Notes: a model not told the origin generated them from the sequence alone. DNA of 64,000 bases from Candidatus Pacearchaeota archaeon (GCA_050124795.1 JASFEO010000001.1:26723-90722); one strand, 5' to 3'; positions 28,330-38,051 are shown, counted from the stretch's first letter. Numbers and translations are program-made.

Positions 28330-30849
28330 TCAAGGTCCCCAAAGACAAGCTTTATTGGCATATGCATAACTGTCATCTCCCTGTGCAAAGAACCAATATC
28401 CTTCTCCTGGATTCATAATGTAAGCATCATAAAATGCAGAATCATATCCTACTAATGTGCTCCATTTATTGAAGATTGATGCTAATGCACAAATTCTTGG
28501 TTTTGATGCAAGACCATAATGTCCAATTAAATTCCATCCCGAACTTATAGGAACACTATTGCCAGGATTGTTACCTGCTTCAAACAAACTTCCTCCAACA
28601 ATCAAATCAGTGGAATCACTTGTTTTAACCCAGTAACCTCTGCCCGGAACAATATTCACTAAATTTGAATCTTCGTCACCAGGAATGTAATAAAACCATT
28701 CTCCACCTTCATATGACCAAACTTCTTCAATATTTTCATCATCGCCAAAAACTTCTTCAACATTTGAACTTAATAAATTAACTGGAACTGAAATTAAATT
28801 CCATTTTTTATCAAGAGATATAGGGAAGTTTTCACCAATTACCTTGAAAACTTTTAATCCACTTGAAGATTTGTTCACATTATCATAGCAAGTATATTCT
28901 ACTCTATGTCTGCATGATCCTTCAAACCAGAAAGTTACTTCATCATTTGAAACACATTCTTCTGTTGGTTCTTCAGTATCTTTATCCCAATAGATAGTGT
29001 AACAGATTTCACGAACTTCTGAGGGATGGTTTCCTTGGTCTTCACAACTTAATGTAATTGGAGTGCCCATTGTAACAATCCAATCCCAATCATCTTCACA
29101 TTGGGGCCTAAGAGCTTCCCATATTCCATTACAATCATGCGAATATTCACCTACTTCCAAATCTAATTTTGGAGCAGTATGATCAGAAAACACAAACTCT
29201 ACATTGATATGTTCTTCATTTCCAAGTAAATCAGTAGAGTAATACTCAATCACATGGCATGATTCTTCAATTCCGAAAGGAGCAGTGTATTCCTGCCAAC
29301 TTTGGTCATCTTTTGGAGTTTCCTGCCATTGAGAACTACTATTTCTATAACACCAACTATTATCCTTAAGCCTTTCAACTCTGTAGTAAGTCTTGTCAAC
29401 TCCTACTGGGTGAGGCTCTGGGTCAGCTGATGTTAAGACAACTCTTGAAACAGTATCAATCCATTGAACTTCGTCTTCATGATAATAATAAGGTCCTTCA
29501 AAACCAATTCTTGTATTAGGAGCCTGTGTATCGACAATAAACTGTTCAACTAAATCTCTGTCCTTGTTTCCTAAAAGATCTGTAGCCTCGCAAATTAATT
29601 GATGGTAAGAATCTTCATGGAAATAAAAACATCCATTATTAAGTGCGATTCTAAGAATATCATCCGGGTCTCCGGAATTATCTTCTGCCCACCAGTTTGA
29701 CCAGCAAGTGATTGTATCTAATCCTACTGGATGAGGCTCTGGATCATAAGCATCAACACAAATCTTTGTATTTTGATTTATGTAACACTCATTATCAATG
29801 CAAACCATTGGTTCTCCAACAACTGTATCTTCAAAAATTGGTCCAACTGAATCCACAATGAAATTTTTTGTCTCAGTGTCAACTTTTCCAACTTTATCAA
29901 AACATCTGTATTCTAATTCATGTCTTGAATCCTCAAGAAAATAAAAACTCATAGCTTCTTCCCATTCAGTCCATTCTCCCCAGAGTTCTGTGTCTTCATT
30001 ATAGACTCTATATCTATATTCTCTATAATCCACCCCAGATTGCCAATCAGCACCTGAATCAGAACAGCTTAGTTTTATTTCAGTTGCATGATTTACATAA
30101 CAAGCATCAGAAGTTCCTTCTTCATCGTCCTCACAATCTCCTTGTTGAGGTGTTTGAACATTCAACGAAACTTCGGGCGGAGTCAAATCCAGATACCAAA
30201 TTCCTGAATCCCCGCTAACATGTGTCCCAGTTCCCTGATCCATTCTTACTCTAATGCAATATTCTCCGCTTGGAACATCGTCAAGAGCAGGGTCCCACCA
30301 ATAAGACATTGGAATTGGTTCTGAATCAACAGTCTCTATTGTATGCCATATTGAAGTGTCACAACTTTCTCCATATTGGATAGTATAAGTTGAAGGATTA
30401 CAATCTCCTGAATATGTCCAGTTTATCCAAAGAGGATCATAATATTCTCCAGATTCTGGGGATAAAACAGTCACTTTACACTCAGGAAGTTGACAATTAC
30501 TTGTATCAATTAAACAATTATTCAGTGGATTTGAATCGCTCATTGTACAACTTAATGTTCCAACATAACCTTCTCCCATCTCGCTTTCACAAGTCGCGTC
30601 TCCAAAGTCAAACCAGTCACATTCTTCACTTTGTTGATTTATTATCCTATCTCCGCAATATCCTTCTCCCTGACAATCCTGAATCGGTGTTCCCGCACAT
30701 ATGCCTTGTGCATCACAAGTATCACCTATAGTGCAATCATCTCCGTCGTCGCAAGACTCACCAGGTGTACAAACCATAGCACTAACAACACCAAAACTTG
30801 TCATCACTAAAACACCAATCATCAAACTAATTAATAATAATTTTTTCAT
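28330..30849 (-). CDS. Very large secreted Cys/Trp-rich protein
   Basis: 839 aa, signal peptide MKKLLLISLMIGVLVMTSFGVVSA; CDDGDDCTIGDTCD; twice-repeated DPEPHPVG motif; no C-terminal TM. Confidence 0.7.
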   Translation of the reverse strand: MKKLLLISLMIGVLVMTSFGVVSAMVCTPGESCDDGDDCTIGDTCDAQGICAGTPIQDCQGEGYCGDRIINQQSEECDWFDFGDATCESEMGEGYVGTLSCTMSDSNPLNNCLIDTSNCQLPECKVTVLSPESGEYYDPLWINWTYSGDCNPSTYTIQYGESCDTSIWHTIETVDSEPIPMSYWWDPALDDVPSGEYCIRVRMDQGTGTHVSGDSGIWYLDLTPPEVSLNVQTPQQGDCEDDEEGTSDACYVNHATEIKLSCSDSGADWQSGVDYREYRYRVYNEDTELWGEWTEWEEAMSFYFLEDSRHELEYRCFDKVGKVDTETKNFIVDSVGPIFEDTVVGEPMVCIDNECYINQNTKICVDAYDPEPHPVGLDTITCWSNWWAEDNSGDPDDILRIALNNGCFYFHEDSYHQLICEATDLLGNKDRDLVEQFIVDTQAPNTRIGFEGPYYYHEDEVQWIDTVSRVVLTSADPEPHPVGVDKTYYRVERLKDNSWCYRNSSSQWQETPKDDQSWQEYTAPFGIEESCHVIEYYSTDLLGNEEHINVEFVFSDHTAPKLDLEVGEYSHDCNGIWEALRPQCEDDWDWIVTMGTPITLSCEDQGNHPSEVREICYTIYWDKDTEEPTEECVSNDEVTFWFEGSCRHRVEYTCYDNVNKSSSGLKVFKVIGENFPISLDKKWNLISVPVNLLSSNVEEVFGDDENIEEVWSYEGGEWFYYIPGDEDSNLVNIVPGRGYWVKTSDSTDLIVGGSLFEAGNNPGNSVPISSGWNLIGHYGLASKPRICALASIFNKWSTLVGYDSAFYDAYIMNPGEGYWFFAQGDDSYAYANKACLWGP

Positions 30850-30924
30850 ATTTTATAACCTCCTTTCAATACTTTCTTCCCAATTTAATTGGTCTCAGTT
30901 GCAAAATTAAATTCTGCCAAAAAC

Positions 30925-30948
30925 CGTTATACACGTTATACGTATAAC
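30925..30948. promoter_or_regulatory. Perfect 14-bp palindrome GTTATACGTATAAC with an upstream half-site copy
   Basis: CGTTATACAC-GTTATACGTATAAC, 76-100 bp upstream of the start of the 839-aa secreted protein gene (30849, minus). Confidence 0.3.
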
Positions 30949-31092
30949 TATGATGTAAGTGGTGAATAATCCCTGAAATATTTCCCTTTTTTGCCATTTT
31001 CAATAGAATTCTTATTCTGATGAAAATTTCTTTTAAAAGTATTTTGTCGACGGAAAATATACTTTTTGTAATTACTCAAAATTAATGAAAAC

Positions 31093-31893
31093 TTAATAAC
31101 TCTTCCACAAAACTAATTTATTTTTATCATCCCTTAAAAACATTGTATCCCCTGAATCAGTCCAAACATAATCTTCCCTACCCCAAAAAATTTCACTTTG
31201 AGTATTTCCCCCTTCCCCCACTTTTACTTCCACTTTCTTTCCAGCTTCTAAAATAAAATCCTCAAAACTAAAATGTTTTCTTCCTTCATCCTTTATACCC
31301 CAATTTGTTAAGTCGCAATCAAAACTGCATTTATTATAAAAAACTAAAATTTCACTTTTATAATCAAACTTTTTTAACTCAATGCAATCAGCGCAAATAT
31401 CCTCAGACTTTTCACACAAATTTATTTTTTTATTTAAACAATTTTTCCATGCACTTCTAAAATCTTCATAATAATTATCTTTTCCCGACGGAAAATAATA
31501 ATTTGCAAAACCTGCTTCAACAATTTCTTGGTTTACATTTTCATTTCCTAAATAAACATAAGCTAAGATTCTTTTGTATTTGTCATATTTATCTCTTCCA
31601 AAAACTAACTCAACTTCTCTCCCTAAAATTTCACCTTCTAAAAATTCTTTTGCCTCATTAGAATACTCCTCTCCTTTTTCAGGGGTGTTAATTCCTAAAA
31701 GTCTAATATGTTCACCAGTTTCAATTTCAATTGTATCTCCGTCAATAACTCTTGTAACAATAACTCTTGTAACATTTACAACTCTGTCACCTGACAAAGA
31801 TCTCTCAACCATGGAATTAAGATAAGGATAATTTATTGTGAAGAGAATTAATATTAATAAAACCAAAAAATAAATCTGATTCTTCTTTTCCAT
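31093..31893 (-). CDS. Membrane-anchored extracellular thermonuclease (SNase-like)
   Basis: N-terminal TM; VTRVIDGDTIEIETGEHIRLLGINTPE matches the staphylococcal-nuclease core (DGDT...R..GIDAPE); Cys-rich C-terminal domain. Confidence 0.65.
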   Translation of the reverse strand: MEKKNQIYFLVLLILILFTINYPYLNSMVERSLSGDRVVNVTRVIVTRVIDGDTIEIETGEHIRLLGINTPEKGEEYSNEAKEFLEGEILGREVELVFGRDKYDKYKRILAYVYLGNENVNQEIVEAGFANYYFPSGKDNYYEDFRSAWKNCLNKKINLCEKSEDICADCIELKKFDYKSEILVFYNKCSFDCDLTNWGIKDEGRKHFSFEDFILEAGKKVEVKVGEGGNTQSEIFWGREDYVWTDSGDTMFLRDDKNKLVLWKSY

Positions 31894-32122
31894 AGTTTTA
31901 TATAAAATCTCTTTTTTTAAAATTAATGAAATTGGGTTTAAATTCTAAAGATTTTTATATGGTTAATTTCTGATATCTTCAAACGAGGGTGCCTACGTTG
32001 CTCCCAGCCACATTTGCGATTCTTTAAATTTACTTTCAGGATTTATTGCTAATGTAACTGCTCGGTCAAACTGTTAGCCCACTCCGTAATAATTAAAAAG
32101 TCATTTTTTCTAAAAAATATAT

Positions 32123-32206
32123 GCGAGGGTGCCGGAGTGGTCAAACGGGCTGGACTTAAGATCCAGTAGCTTAGTGCTTGCGCAGGTTCAAATCCTGTCC
32201 CTCGCA
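32123..32206 (+). tRNA. tRNA-Leu (TAA)
   Basis: GCGAGGG acceptor pairing CCCTCGC; anticodon arm CTGGA-CTTAAGA-TCCAG; long variable arm; T arm GCAGG-TTCAAAT-CCTGT; discriminator A. Confidence 0.85.
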
Positions 32207-32370
32207 TGAATGGAATTAAAAATTCCATAATTCTAGATAGAGTGTTTGCTAAATTCAAAAAGATTTATTTTCGAATCCGAGCAATTCCGTGGTAGAAGTA
32301 TCGCCTGCACAGAAACTTCGTGCGAGATTGAGAGTTAGTCCCTCGCATTATAAACATTTTAGAATTATAC

Positions 32371-32817
32371 TTATTCATCAACACTTAATTTAAGCCCTTT
32401 AAACTTCGGAGAATTTTCCACATATTCTTCAACACCATGGCAAGTCCTTCGATAAAATTCTTCTGCACCGCAAATTAATCTTCCATCAAGGCAACAAGAT
32501 CCATCTAAAATTCTCTTTCCATTTCTTGTGTAAATCGACGGAGACTCCTCATTTTTAGGGAAATTTCTAAGTGAGTAACTAAAAAAATCAATCATTTTGT
32601 CCTCTCCATTTTCCCAAGGCAGCACAATAAAATAATCTGCTTTTTTTATTAATTCTAAATCTTCAAATGTTTCTAATACATGATCTCTTGCATTATGAAA
32701 AGTTCCAAATTCAAATATATCTCCATAAACATAAATTCTCATTCCTTTTTCTGGTAAATTAAATCTCGCAGTAATATCTGGTTTTTTTCTAAGTTTTGTG
32801 AAATCTAATAAATCCAT
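32371..32817 (-). CDS. Hypothetical protein
   Basis: 148 aa intact ORF. Confidence 0.35.
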   Translation of the reverse strand: MDLLDFTKLRKKPDITARFNLPEKGMRIYVYGDIFEFGTFHNARDHVLETFEDLELIKKADYFIVLPWENGEDKMIDFFSYSLRNFPKNEESPSIYTRNGKRILDGSCCLDGRLICGAEEFYRRTCHGVEEYVENSPKFKGLKLSVDE

Positions 32818-32818
32818 T

Positions 32819-33049
32819 TTACTGCTTTTGCAATTTTACACCAAGTTCTTCAAGCCGTTTCATGTGCGCCTGCATAATTGCCTCGACATTTTGCATCATC
32901 TTAAACAATTCATTTCTTTCAGCAACCAAAGTGTTCAAGGCACCCTTATGAAAACCAATTTCTTCTTCCTTTGGAATTTGAGGTGCAGCATCTTTATTAA
33001 GTGCTTTTTCCAAATTATCTTTGTTTAGTTCTACCATAAAACTTCTCAC
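32819..33049 (-). CDS. Small coiled-coil protein
   Basis: 76 aa, heptad-like LEKALNKD...ELFKMMQNVEAIMQAHMKRLEELGVKLQK. Confidence 0.3.
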   Translation of the reverse strand: MRSFMVELNKDNLEKALNKDAAPQIPKEEEIGFHKGALNTLVAERNELFKMMQNVEAIMQAHMKRLEELGVKLQKQ

Positions 33050-33124
33050 AAAAATTGGTTAATAAATGTTTCTAATTAAATTTCCTAACGACAAATTTAT
33101 AACCTTCTTTAAGTTCTAAGTAAT

Positions 33125-34813
33125 ATGAAACAAAAAATAATTAAACTAATTGAAAAAACTTTGGAAAAAGAAAAAATCAATTTAGGAAATATTGAGAACT
33201 TAATTGAAATTCCGCCGAATCCTGAAATGGGAGATTTTGCTTTTCCATGTTTTTCATTATCAAAAATTTTTAAAAAAAATCCAAATGAAATCGCCAAGGA
33301 TTTAAAACAAAAAATAAAATTAAATTCTGAAATTGAAAAAATTGAAACTAAAGGTGCATATTTAAATTTCTTTATTAACAAAAAAGATTTTGCAGAAGAA
33401 ATTATAAAAAGAATATTAAATGAAAAACAAAACTTTAGAAAACAAAAAAACAAAAAAACAAAAATGATTGAGTTCTCCCAGGCTAACACTCACAAGGCTT
33501 TTCACGTCGGTCATATAAGAGGAACAAGTTTAGGGGAATCACTTTCAAGAATTTCAGAATTTCTAGGGGAAAAAATAACTCGCGCGAATTACGAAGGAGA
33601 CACCGGGGTGCATGTTGCAAAATGGTTATGGTGTTTTCAAAAATATCATAAATTATCTGAATTAAAAGATAATGAAGAGTGGATTGCTTCAATCTACGTC
33701 GAAGCAGTTAAGCGTCTTGAAAGATCTCCAAAATTAAAATTTGAAGTTGAGGAAATTAATCGTCGATTAGAACTTGGAATTGATAATGACTTAAACAAAC
33801 TCTGGAAAAAAACAAGAAAATTCTCATTAGATGCTCTTGAAAAAATCTACAAAGAATTAAACACGCATTTTGATATCTATTTTTTTGAAAGTGAGGTTGA
33901 AGAAAGAGGAAAGGAAATTGTTAAGGATTTAGTAAAAAAGGGAATTGCCGAAATAAGCGATAATGCAACAATAATTAATTTTGAAAAATATGGAATGGGA
34001 GTCTTGGTTTTTATCCGAAGAGATGGAACAGTTCTTTATGGGGGAAAAGATTTAGCACTAGCTGAAAAAAAATCAATTGAATATCCAAACCTTGAGGAAT
34101 ATATTTATGTTGTTGGAAATGAACAGGATTTGTATTTCAGGCAAATCTTCAAAACCCTTGAATTAATGAAATTAAATATTTATGATAAAGTAAAAAATGT
34201 CTCATTTGGGATGGTTCGTCTTCCACATGGAAAAATGTCTTCAAGAACAGGGGACAATATTTTATATTCAGATTTTTTACGAGAAGTTACAGATTATGCA
34301 AAAAAAAGAATTAGTGAACGAAATAAAAAATTAGGAAAAAAAGAATTGGAAAAAAGAGCCTTGATTGTTTCAATTGCCGCAATAAAATATTCAATGCTAA
34401 AACAAAGCCCAAATAAAAATATTATTTTTGAAAAACGTGATGCATTAAATTTCGAAGGCGACACTGGTCCATATCTACTTTATAGTTTTGCAAGAGCAAA
34501 TTCAATATTAAAAAAAGCAAAATCAAAAAATAAAAATTTTGAAATCAAAAAATTAAATTCTTCAGAAATTGCATTAACAAAAAGATTATCTTTATTTCCT
34601 GAGATTGTAATAAATGCACATAAAAATTATAATCCGTCGCTAATTGCAAATTATTCTTATGAATTAGCAAAAATTTTTAATGAATTTTATCATGCCTCTC
34701 CTGTAATTAATTCTGAAAATGAAACTTTTAGATTAAACTTAGTAAAAAGTTTTAAGACTATTTTAGGAAATTCTCTTAATCTTTTAGGAATTGAAACTTT
34801 GGATGAAATGTAA
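33125..34813 (+). CDS. argS: Arginyl-tRNA synthetase
   Basis: HIGH-type motif FHVGHIRG; KMSSRTG (KMSK-like); anticodon-binding C-terminal domain; 562 aa. Confidence 0.9.
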   Translation: MKQKIIKLIEKTLEKEKINLGNIENLIEIPPNPEMGDFAFPCFSLSKIFKKNPNEIAKDLKQKIKLNSEIEKIETKGAYLNFFINKKDFAEEIIKRILNEKQNFRKQKNKKTKMIEFSQANTHKAFHVGHIRGTSLGESLSRISEFLGEKITRANYEGDTGVHVAKWLWCFQKYHKLSELKDNEEWIASIYVEAVKRLERSPKLKFEVEEINRRLELGIDNDLNKLWKKTRKFSLDALEKIYKELNTHFDIYFFESEVEERGKEIVKDLVKKGIAEISDNATIINFEKYGMGVLVFIRRDGTVLYGGKDLALAEKKSIEYPNLEEYIYVVGNEQDLYFRQIFKTLELMKLNIYDKVKNVSFGMVRLPHGKMSSRTGDNILYSDFLREVTDYAKKRISERNKKLGKKELEKRALIVSIAAIKYSMLKQSPNKNIIFEKRDALNFEGDTGPYLLYSFARANSILKKAKSKNKNFEIKKLNSSEIALTKRLSLFPEIVINAHKNYNPSLIANYSYELAKIFNEFYHASPVINSENETFRLNLVKSFKTILGNSLNLLGIETLDEM

Positions 34814-34900
34814 AAATATGCTTCGCAGAATTTAGAAGCATTCTCTTGAAACCAAAACTTATTTAAATTCTTTTAACGTCGTAAAATTATAAAAAGGAGG

Positions 34901-35131
34901 TTGAAAATGGCTAAGAAAAAAGCTAAAACAATGAATCATAGCCTGATGCATTTTGTTGCCTGGCTGACAGGAGTGATTGTCTCACTTTCAGTTGGTTTTG
35001 CAATGATTGACGGAACACTAACTCTTCCAAACTGGCTTGGCGGCGTAATAGTTGCAATGGTTGCAGGATGGATTGTAGTTCTCACAACAGCAATCAGCGT
35101 TATCCTTGCAATAATGCACTACTTAAAATAA
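34901..35131 (+). CDS. Small membrane protein (2 TM)
   Basis: Strong RBS aaaggaggttgaaaATG; two hydrophobic helices. Confidence 0.5.
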   Translation: MKMAKKKAKTMNHSLMHFVAWLTGVIVSLSVGFAMIDGTLTLPNWLGGVIVAMVAGWIVVLTTAISVILAIMHYLK

Positions 35132-35229
35132 TTTTTTACTTTTTCTAATTTTTTATTTTTATAAAAACAAAACTTCTATCCCTATTTATATCAGAAACAT
35201 TTAAATATCATCCTGTCTCATTAAATATC

Positions 35230-35442
35230 ATGGAAATAAAAATTAAGCCAAGAAAATGGGGAAATTCTCTGGCAGTTATTTTGCCAAAACTAATTGTGGA
35301 TGCAAACAGGATTAAAGAAAATCAGGAAATTACAATCGAAATTAAAGATAAACCAACTGCAAAAAAAATATTTGGGATGCTGCCAAGAAAATCAAAAAAA
35401 AGTGCACAGCAAATAAAAGATGAGATGAGAAAAGGATGGTAG
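35230..35442 (+). CDS. vapB: AbrB/SpoVT-type antitoxin (VapB-like)
   Basis: MEIKIKPRKWGNSLAVILPKLIVDANRIKENQEITIEIKDK swapped-hairpin pattern; overlaps downstream PIN gene by 7 nt. Confidence 0.65.
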   Translation: MEIKIKPRKWGNSLAVILPKLIVDANRIKENQEITIEIKDKPTAKKIFGMLPRKSKKSAQQIKDEMRKGW

Positions 35443-35801
35443 ATTATTTCTTTGATAGTTATGCTGTAATTGAATTAATCGAAGGCAATTCAAACTATGC
35501 TAAATATTCTAATGAATCTTTTGTTATCACTATTTTTAACTTAACAGAAATATATTGGTTTGCACTTAGAGAATATTCAGAAAAAGAAGCTGGCAAAATT
35601 TATGATTATTTCAGCCAATTTGTAATTAAAATAAATGATGAAACATTAAAACATGCAATTAAATTTAGAATTAAAAATAAAAAGAAAGATTTGTCTTATG
35701 CAGATTGTATTGGTTATATTTATGCTCTTAAGAATGATATGAAATTTTTAACAGGAGATAAAGAATTTGGAAAACTCAAAAATGTTGAATTTGTAAAATA
35801 A
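35436..35801 (+). CDS. vapC: PIN-domain toxin (VapC-like)
   Basis: Acidic residues in FFDSYAV (N-terminal), LTE, YAD and C-terminal TGDKEF, consistent with the PIN catalytic tetrad. Confidence 0.7.
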   Translation: MVDYFFDSYAVIELIEGNSNYAKYSNESFVITIFNLTEIYWFALREYSEKEAGKIYDYFSQFVIKINDETLKHAIKFRIKNKKKDLSYADCIGYIYALKNDMKFLTGDKEFGKLKNVEFVK

Positions 35802-35854
35802 TTTTTAGATATTAAAATAGTGAAATATTTAAACTTGTTTTATTGTCATAATTT

Positions 35855-37345
35855 ATGGAAAAATTTTTTTGGGCAGACCAGATTGCTGAAGACCTGATAA
35901 AACAAAAAGGAGACAAATCAAAATATGTCTGTGCCTCAGGAATAACCCCCTCGGGAACAATTCATATTGGAAATTTTAGAGAAGTTATCACAACTGAATT
36001 AGTCCTAAGAGCATTAAAAGACAATGGAAAAAAAGTTAGATTCATTTATTCATGGGATGACTTTGACAGATTTAGAAAAGTTCCTAAAAATGTTTCAGGA
36101 GAATATGAAAAATATCTTGGCATGCCTGTTAGCGAGGTGCCTTCGCCATTTGAAAAAAATTCAGATTATGCAAGACACTTTGAAAAAGAATTTGAGGACT
36201 CTCTTTCTGAAGTTGGGATAAAGCCGGAATTTATTAGGCAAAGTGTGATGAATAAAAATTGTGAGTATGCTGAATTAATAAAAATTGCAATTGAGAAAAA
36301 AAATGAAATTATTAAAGTCTTAAATAAATATCGTAAAGAACCACTTGGTAAAAACTGGATGCCATTAGAAGTTTATTGCGGCAAATGCAAAAAAGATTCA
36401 ACAAAAATAATTAATGCAAAAGATTATGAAATAGATTATGAATGCGCCTGCGGGTTTAAAGAAAAAATTGATATTCGAAAAAAAGGAATTGTAAAATTAA
36501 AATGGCGTGTTGATTGGCCTGCAAGATGGACTTATGAAAAAGTTGATTTTGAACCCGGAGGAATTGACCATAGTGTTTATGGGGGAAGTTTTATGACTTC
36601 AAAAGAAATTGTAAAAAGAATTTTCAACTTTACTGCACCGTCTTATCAATTATATGAATGGGTAAGAATAAAGGGGGGCAAAGAATTCTCAAGTTCTTCA
36701 GGAAATGCAATTTCATTAAAAGAAGTTTTAGAAGTTTATGAGCCTGAGATTTTAAGATACATTTTTGTGAGCACCAGACCGAGAAAAGGTTTTCAAATTA
36801 GTTTTGACAATGACATAATGAAAATTTATAGTGATTATGATTTGCTGGAAAAAAAATATTATGAAGACAAGGCAACAGAGCAGGAAAAAAGAATTTATGA
36901 ATTGTCGCAAGTTAATAAAGTTAAAAATAAAAAACCTGAGAAGGAAAGTTTCAGGCATTTGATAACTTATGTTCAGTTGAATAAACTCGATGAATTAAAT
37001 TCTGAATCAAAAGCGAGGGCAAAAAAAGTTGCAAACTGGATTGAAAAGTATGCAGAAGAAGATATGAAGTTTGAAGTGAGAAAAAAATTTTCTGCAGATT
37101 TAAGTGAAAAAGAAAAACAGGCAATGATTGAATTAAAAAATTCTTTAATGAAAAAAGAATATTCAGAAGAAGAATTGTTTGATGAGTTTTATAGTATATG
37201 TGAAAAGTTAAAAATCAAAAACACAGAATTTTTTAATGCAGCATATAAAACAATTATCGGAAAAACAAAAGGTCCGAGACTTGCGAATTTAATTTTAATT
37301 GCAGGAAAAAATAATATAATAAAACTTTTGGAACAAATCAGATGA
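35855..37345 (+). CDS. lysK: Lysyl-tRNA synthetase, class I (archaeal type)
   Basis: Class I HIGH-type PSGTIHIGNFRE; 496 aa. Confidence 0.85.
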   Translation: MEKFFWADQIAEDLIKQKGDKSKYVCASGITPSGTIHIGNFREVITTELVLRALKDNGKKVRFIYSWDDFDRFRKVPKNVSGEYEKYLGMPVSEVPSPFEKNSDYARHFEKEFEDSLSEVGIKPEFIRQSVMNKNCEYAELIKIAIEKKNEIIKVLNKYRKEPLGKNWMPLEVYCGKCKKDSTKIINAKDYEIDYECACGFKEKIDIRKKGIVKLKWRVDWPARWTYEKVDFEPGGIDHSVYGGSFMTSKEIVKRIFNFTAPSYQLYEWVRIKGGKEFSSSSGNAISLKEVLEVYEPEILRYIFVSTRPRKGFQISFDNDIMKIYSDYDLLEKKYYEDKATEQEKRIYELSQVNKVKNKKPEKESFRHLITYVQLNKLDELNSESKARAKKVANWIEKYAEEDMKFEVRKKFSADLSEKEKQAMIELKNSLMKKEYSEEELFDEFYSICEKLKIKNTEFFNAAYKTIIGKTKGPRLANLILIAGKNNIIKLLEQIR

Positions 37346-37632
37346 CAAAATTAATTTCATTATCAGACAAACAAAAAGCTAAGCAAGAAGCCAAGTTGCA
37401 AGACTCTTATGAAAGAAGAAAAACTCTTACAAGAGCAACTTTGACTTCTTATAAAAAACTTTATCATATTATATTAAGGCAAACAGGGAAGGAAAATTAT
37501 CCTGGAGAGCCCTATGATAATCCTGTTGGTGAAAGTCTTTTTTATGAATTGTTAACGGCAGATTTAGAAAAGATAATTTTTAAATTAGGTTCTATTGTTA
37601 GAACTATTGAAGGAGAATTAAGAGAAAAATAA
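37342..37632 (+). CDS. Hypothetical protein, translationally coupled to lysK (ATGA overlap)
   Basis: 96 aa; start overlaps lysK stop. Confidence 0.4.
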   Translation: MTKLISLSDKQKAKQEAKLQDSYERRKTLTRATLTSYKKLYHIILRQTGKENYPGEPYDNPVGESLFYELLTADLEKIIFKLGSIVRTIEGELREK

Positions 37633-37865
37633 ACCCTGCATCAGAACTTTTCCTTTTTTTCAAAAAATATTTAAACAACTCTTCTCTTGATAGATTATGA
37701 TTTCATTAAACCAATTAACAAAAAAAGGTGTTTTGAAAAAAGCTGATTTGAATTTAACTTTTCATGAAGATGAAATTACTAAATATCTCTTGGGAAAATA
37801 TCAAAAAATTAAGAATAAAAGAAGAGAAAATTTCATAAATCCCAGAAATTATATTTTAGATTAAA

Positions 37866-38051
37866 ATGGCACTAATAGTAAAATCAAATATAAAAAAAGC
37901 AGTTCAGGAATTAGACAAGGAAAATTCTGTTTCAAGTGTTGCAGAAGAAGTTGGTTTAGCGCTTGAGAGAAAAACAGAGGAAATTTTAATTGATGCAATC
38001 AAAAGAGCAAAAGCAAATGGAAGAAGAACATTGCAGGCAAGGGATATTTAG
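37866..38051 (+). CDS. Short histone-fold protein (HMf-like alpha1-L1-alpha2-L2, lacking alpha3)
   Basis: IKKAVQEL...SSVAEEVGLALERKTEEILIDAIKRAKANGRRTLQARDI parallels archaeal histone HMfB through GRKTIKAEDI, then terminates. Confidence 0.45.
   Translation: MALIVKSNIKKAVQELDKENSVSSVAEEVGLALERKTEEILIDAIKRAKANGRRTLQARDI

Noticed and set aside
31975-32100. A second tRNA (or split/permuted tRNA half) upstream of tRNA-Leu
   Set aside because: Only 8-10 nt matches to tRNA-Leu segments; no foldable acceptor/T-arm combination found on either strand.
32049-32258. 69-aa ORF on the minus strand
   Set aside because: Lies across tRNA-Leu; an artefact.
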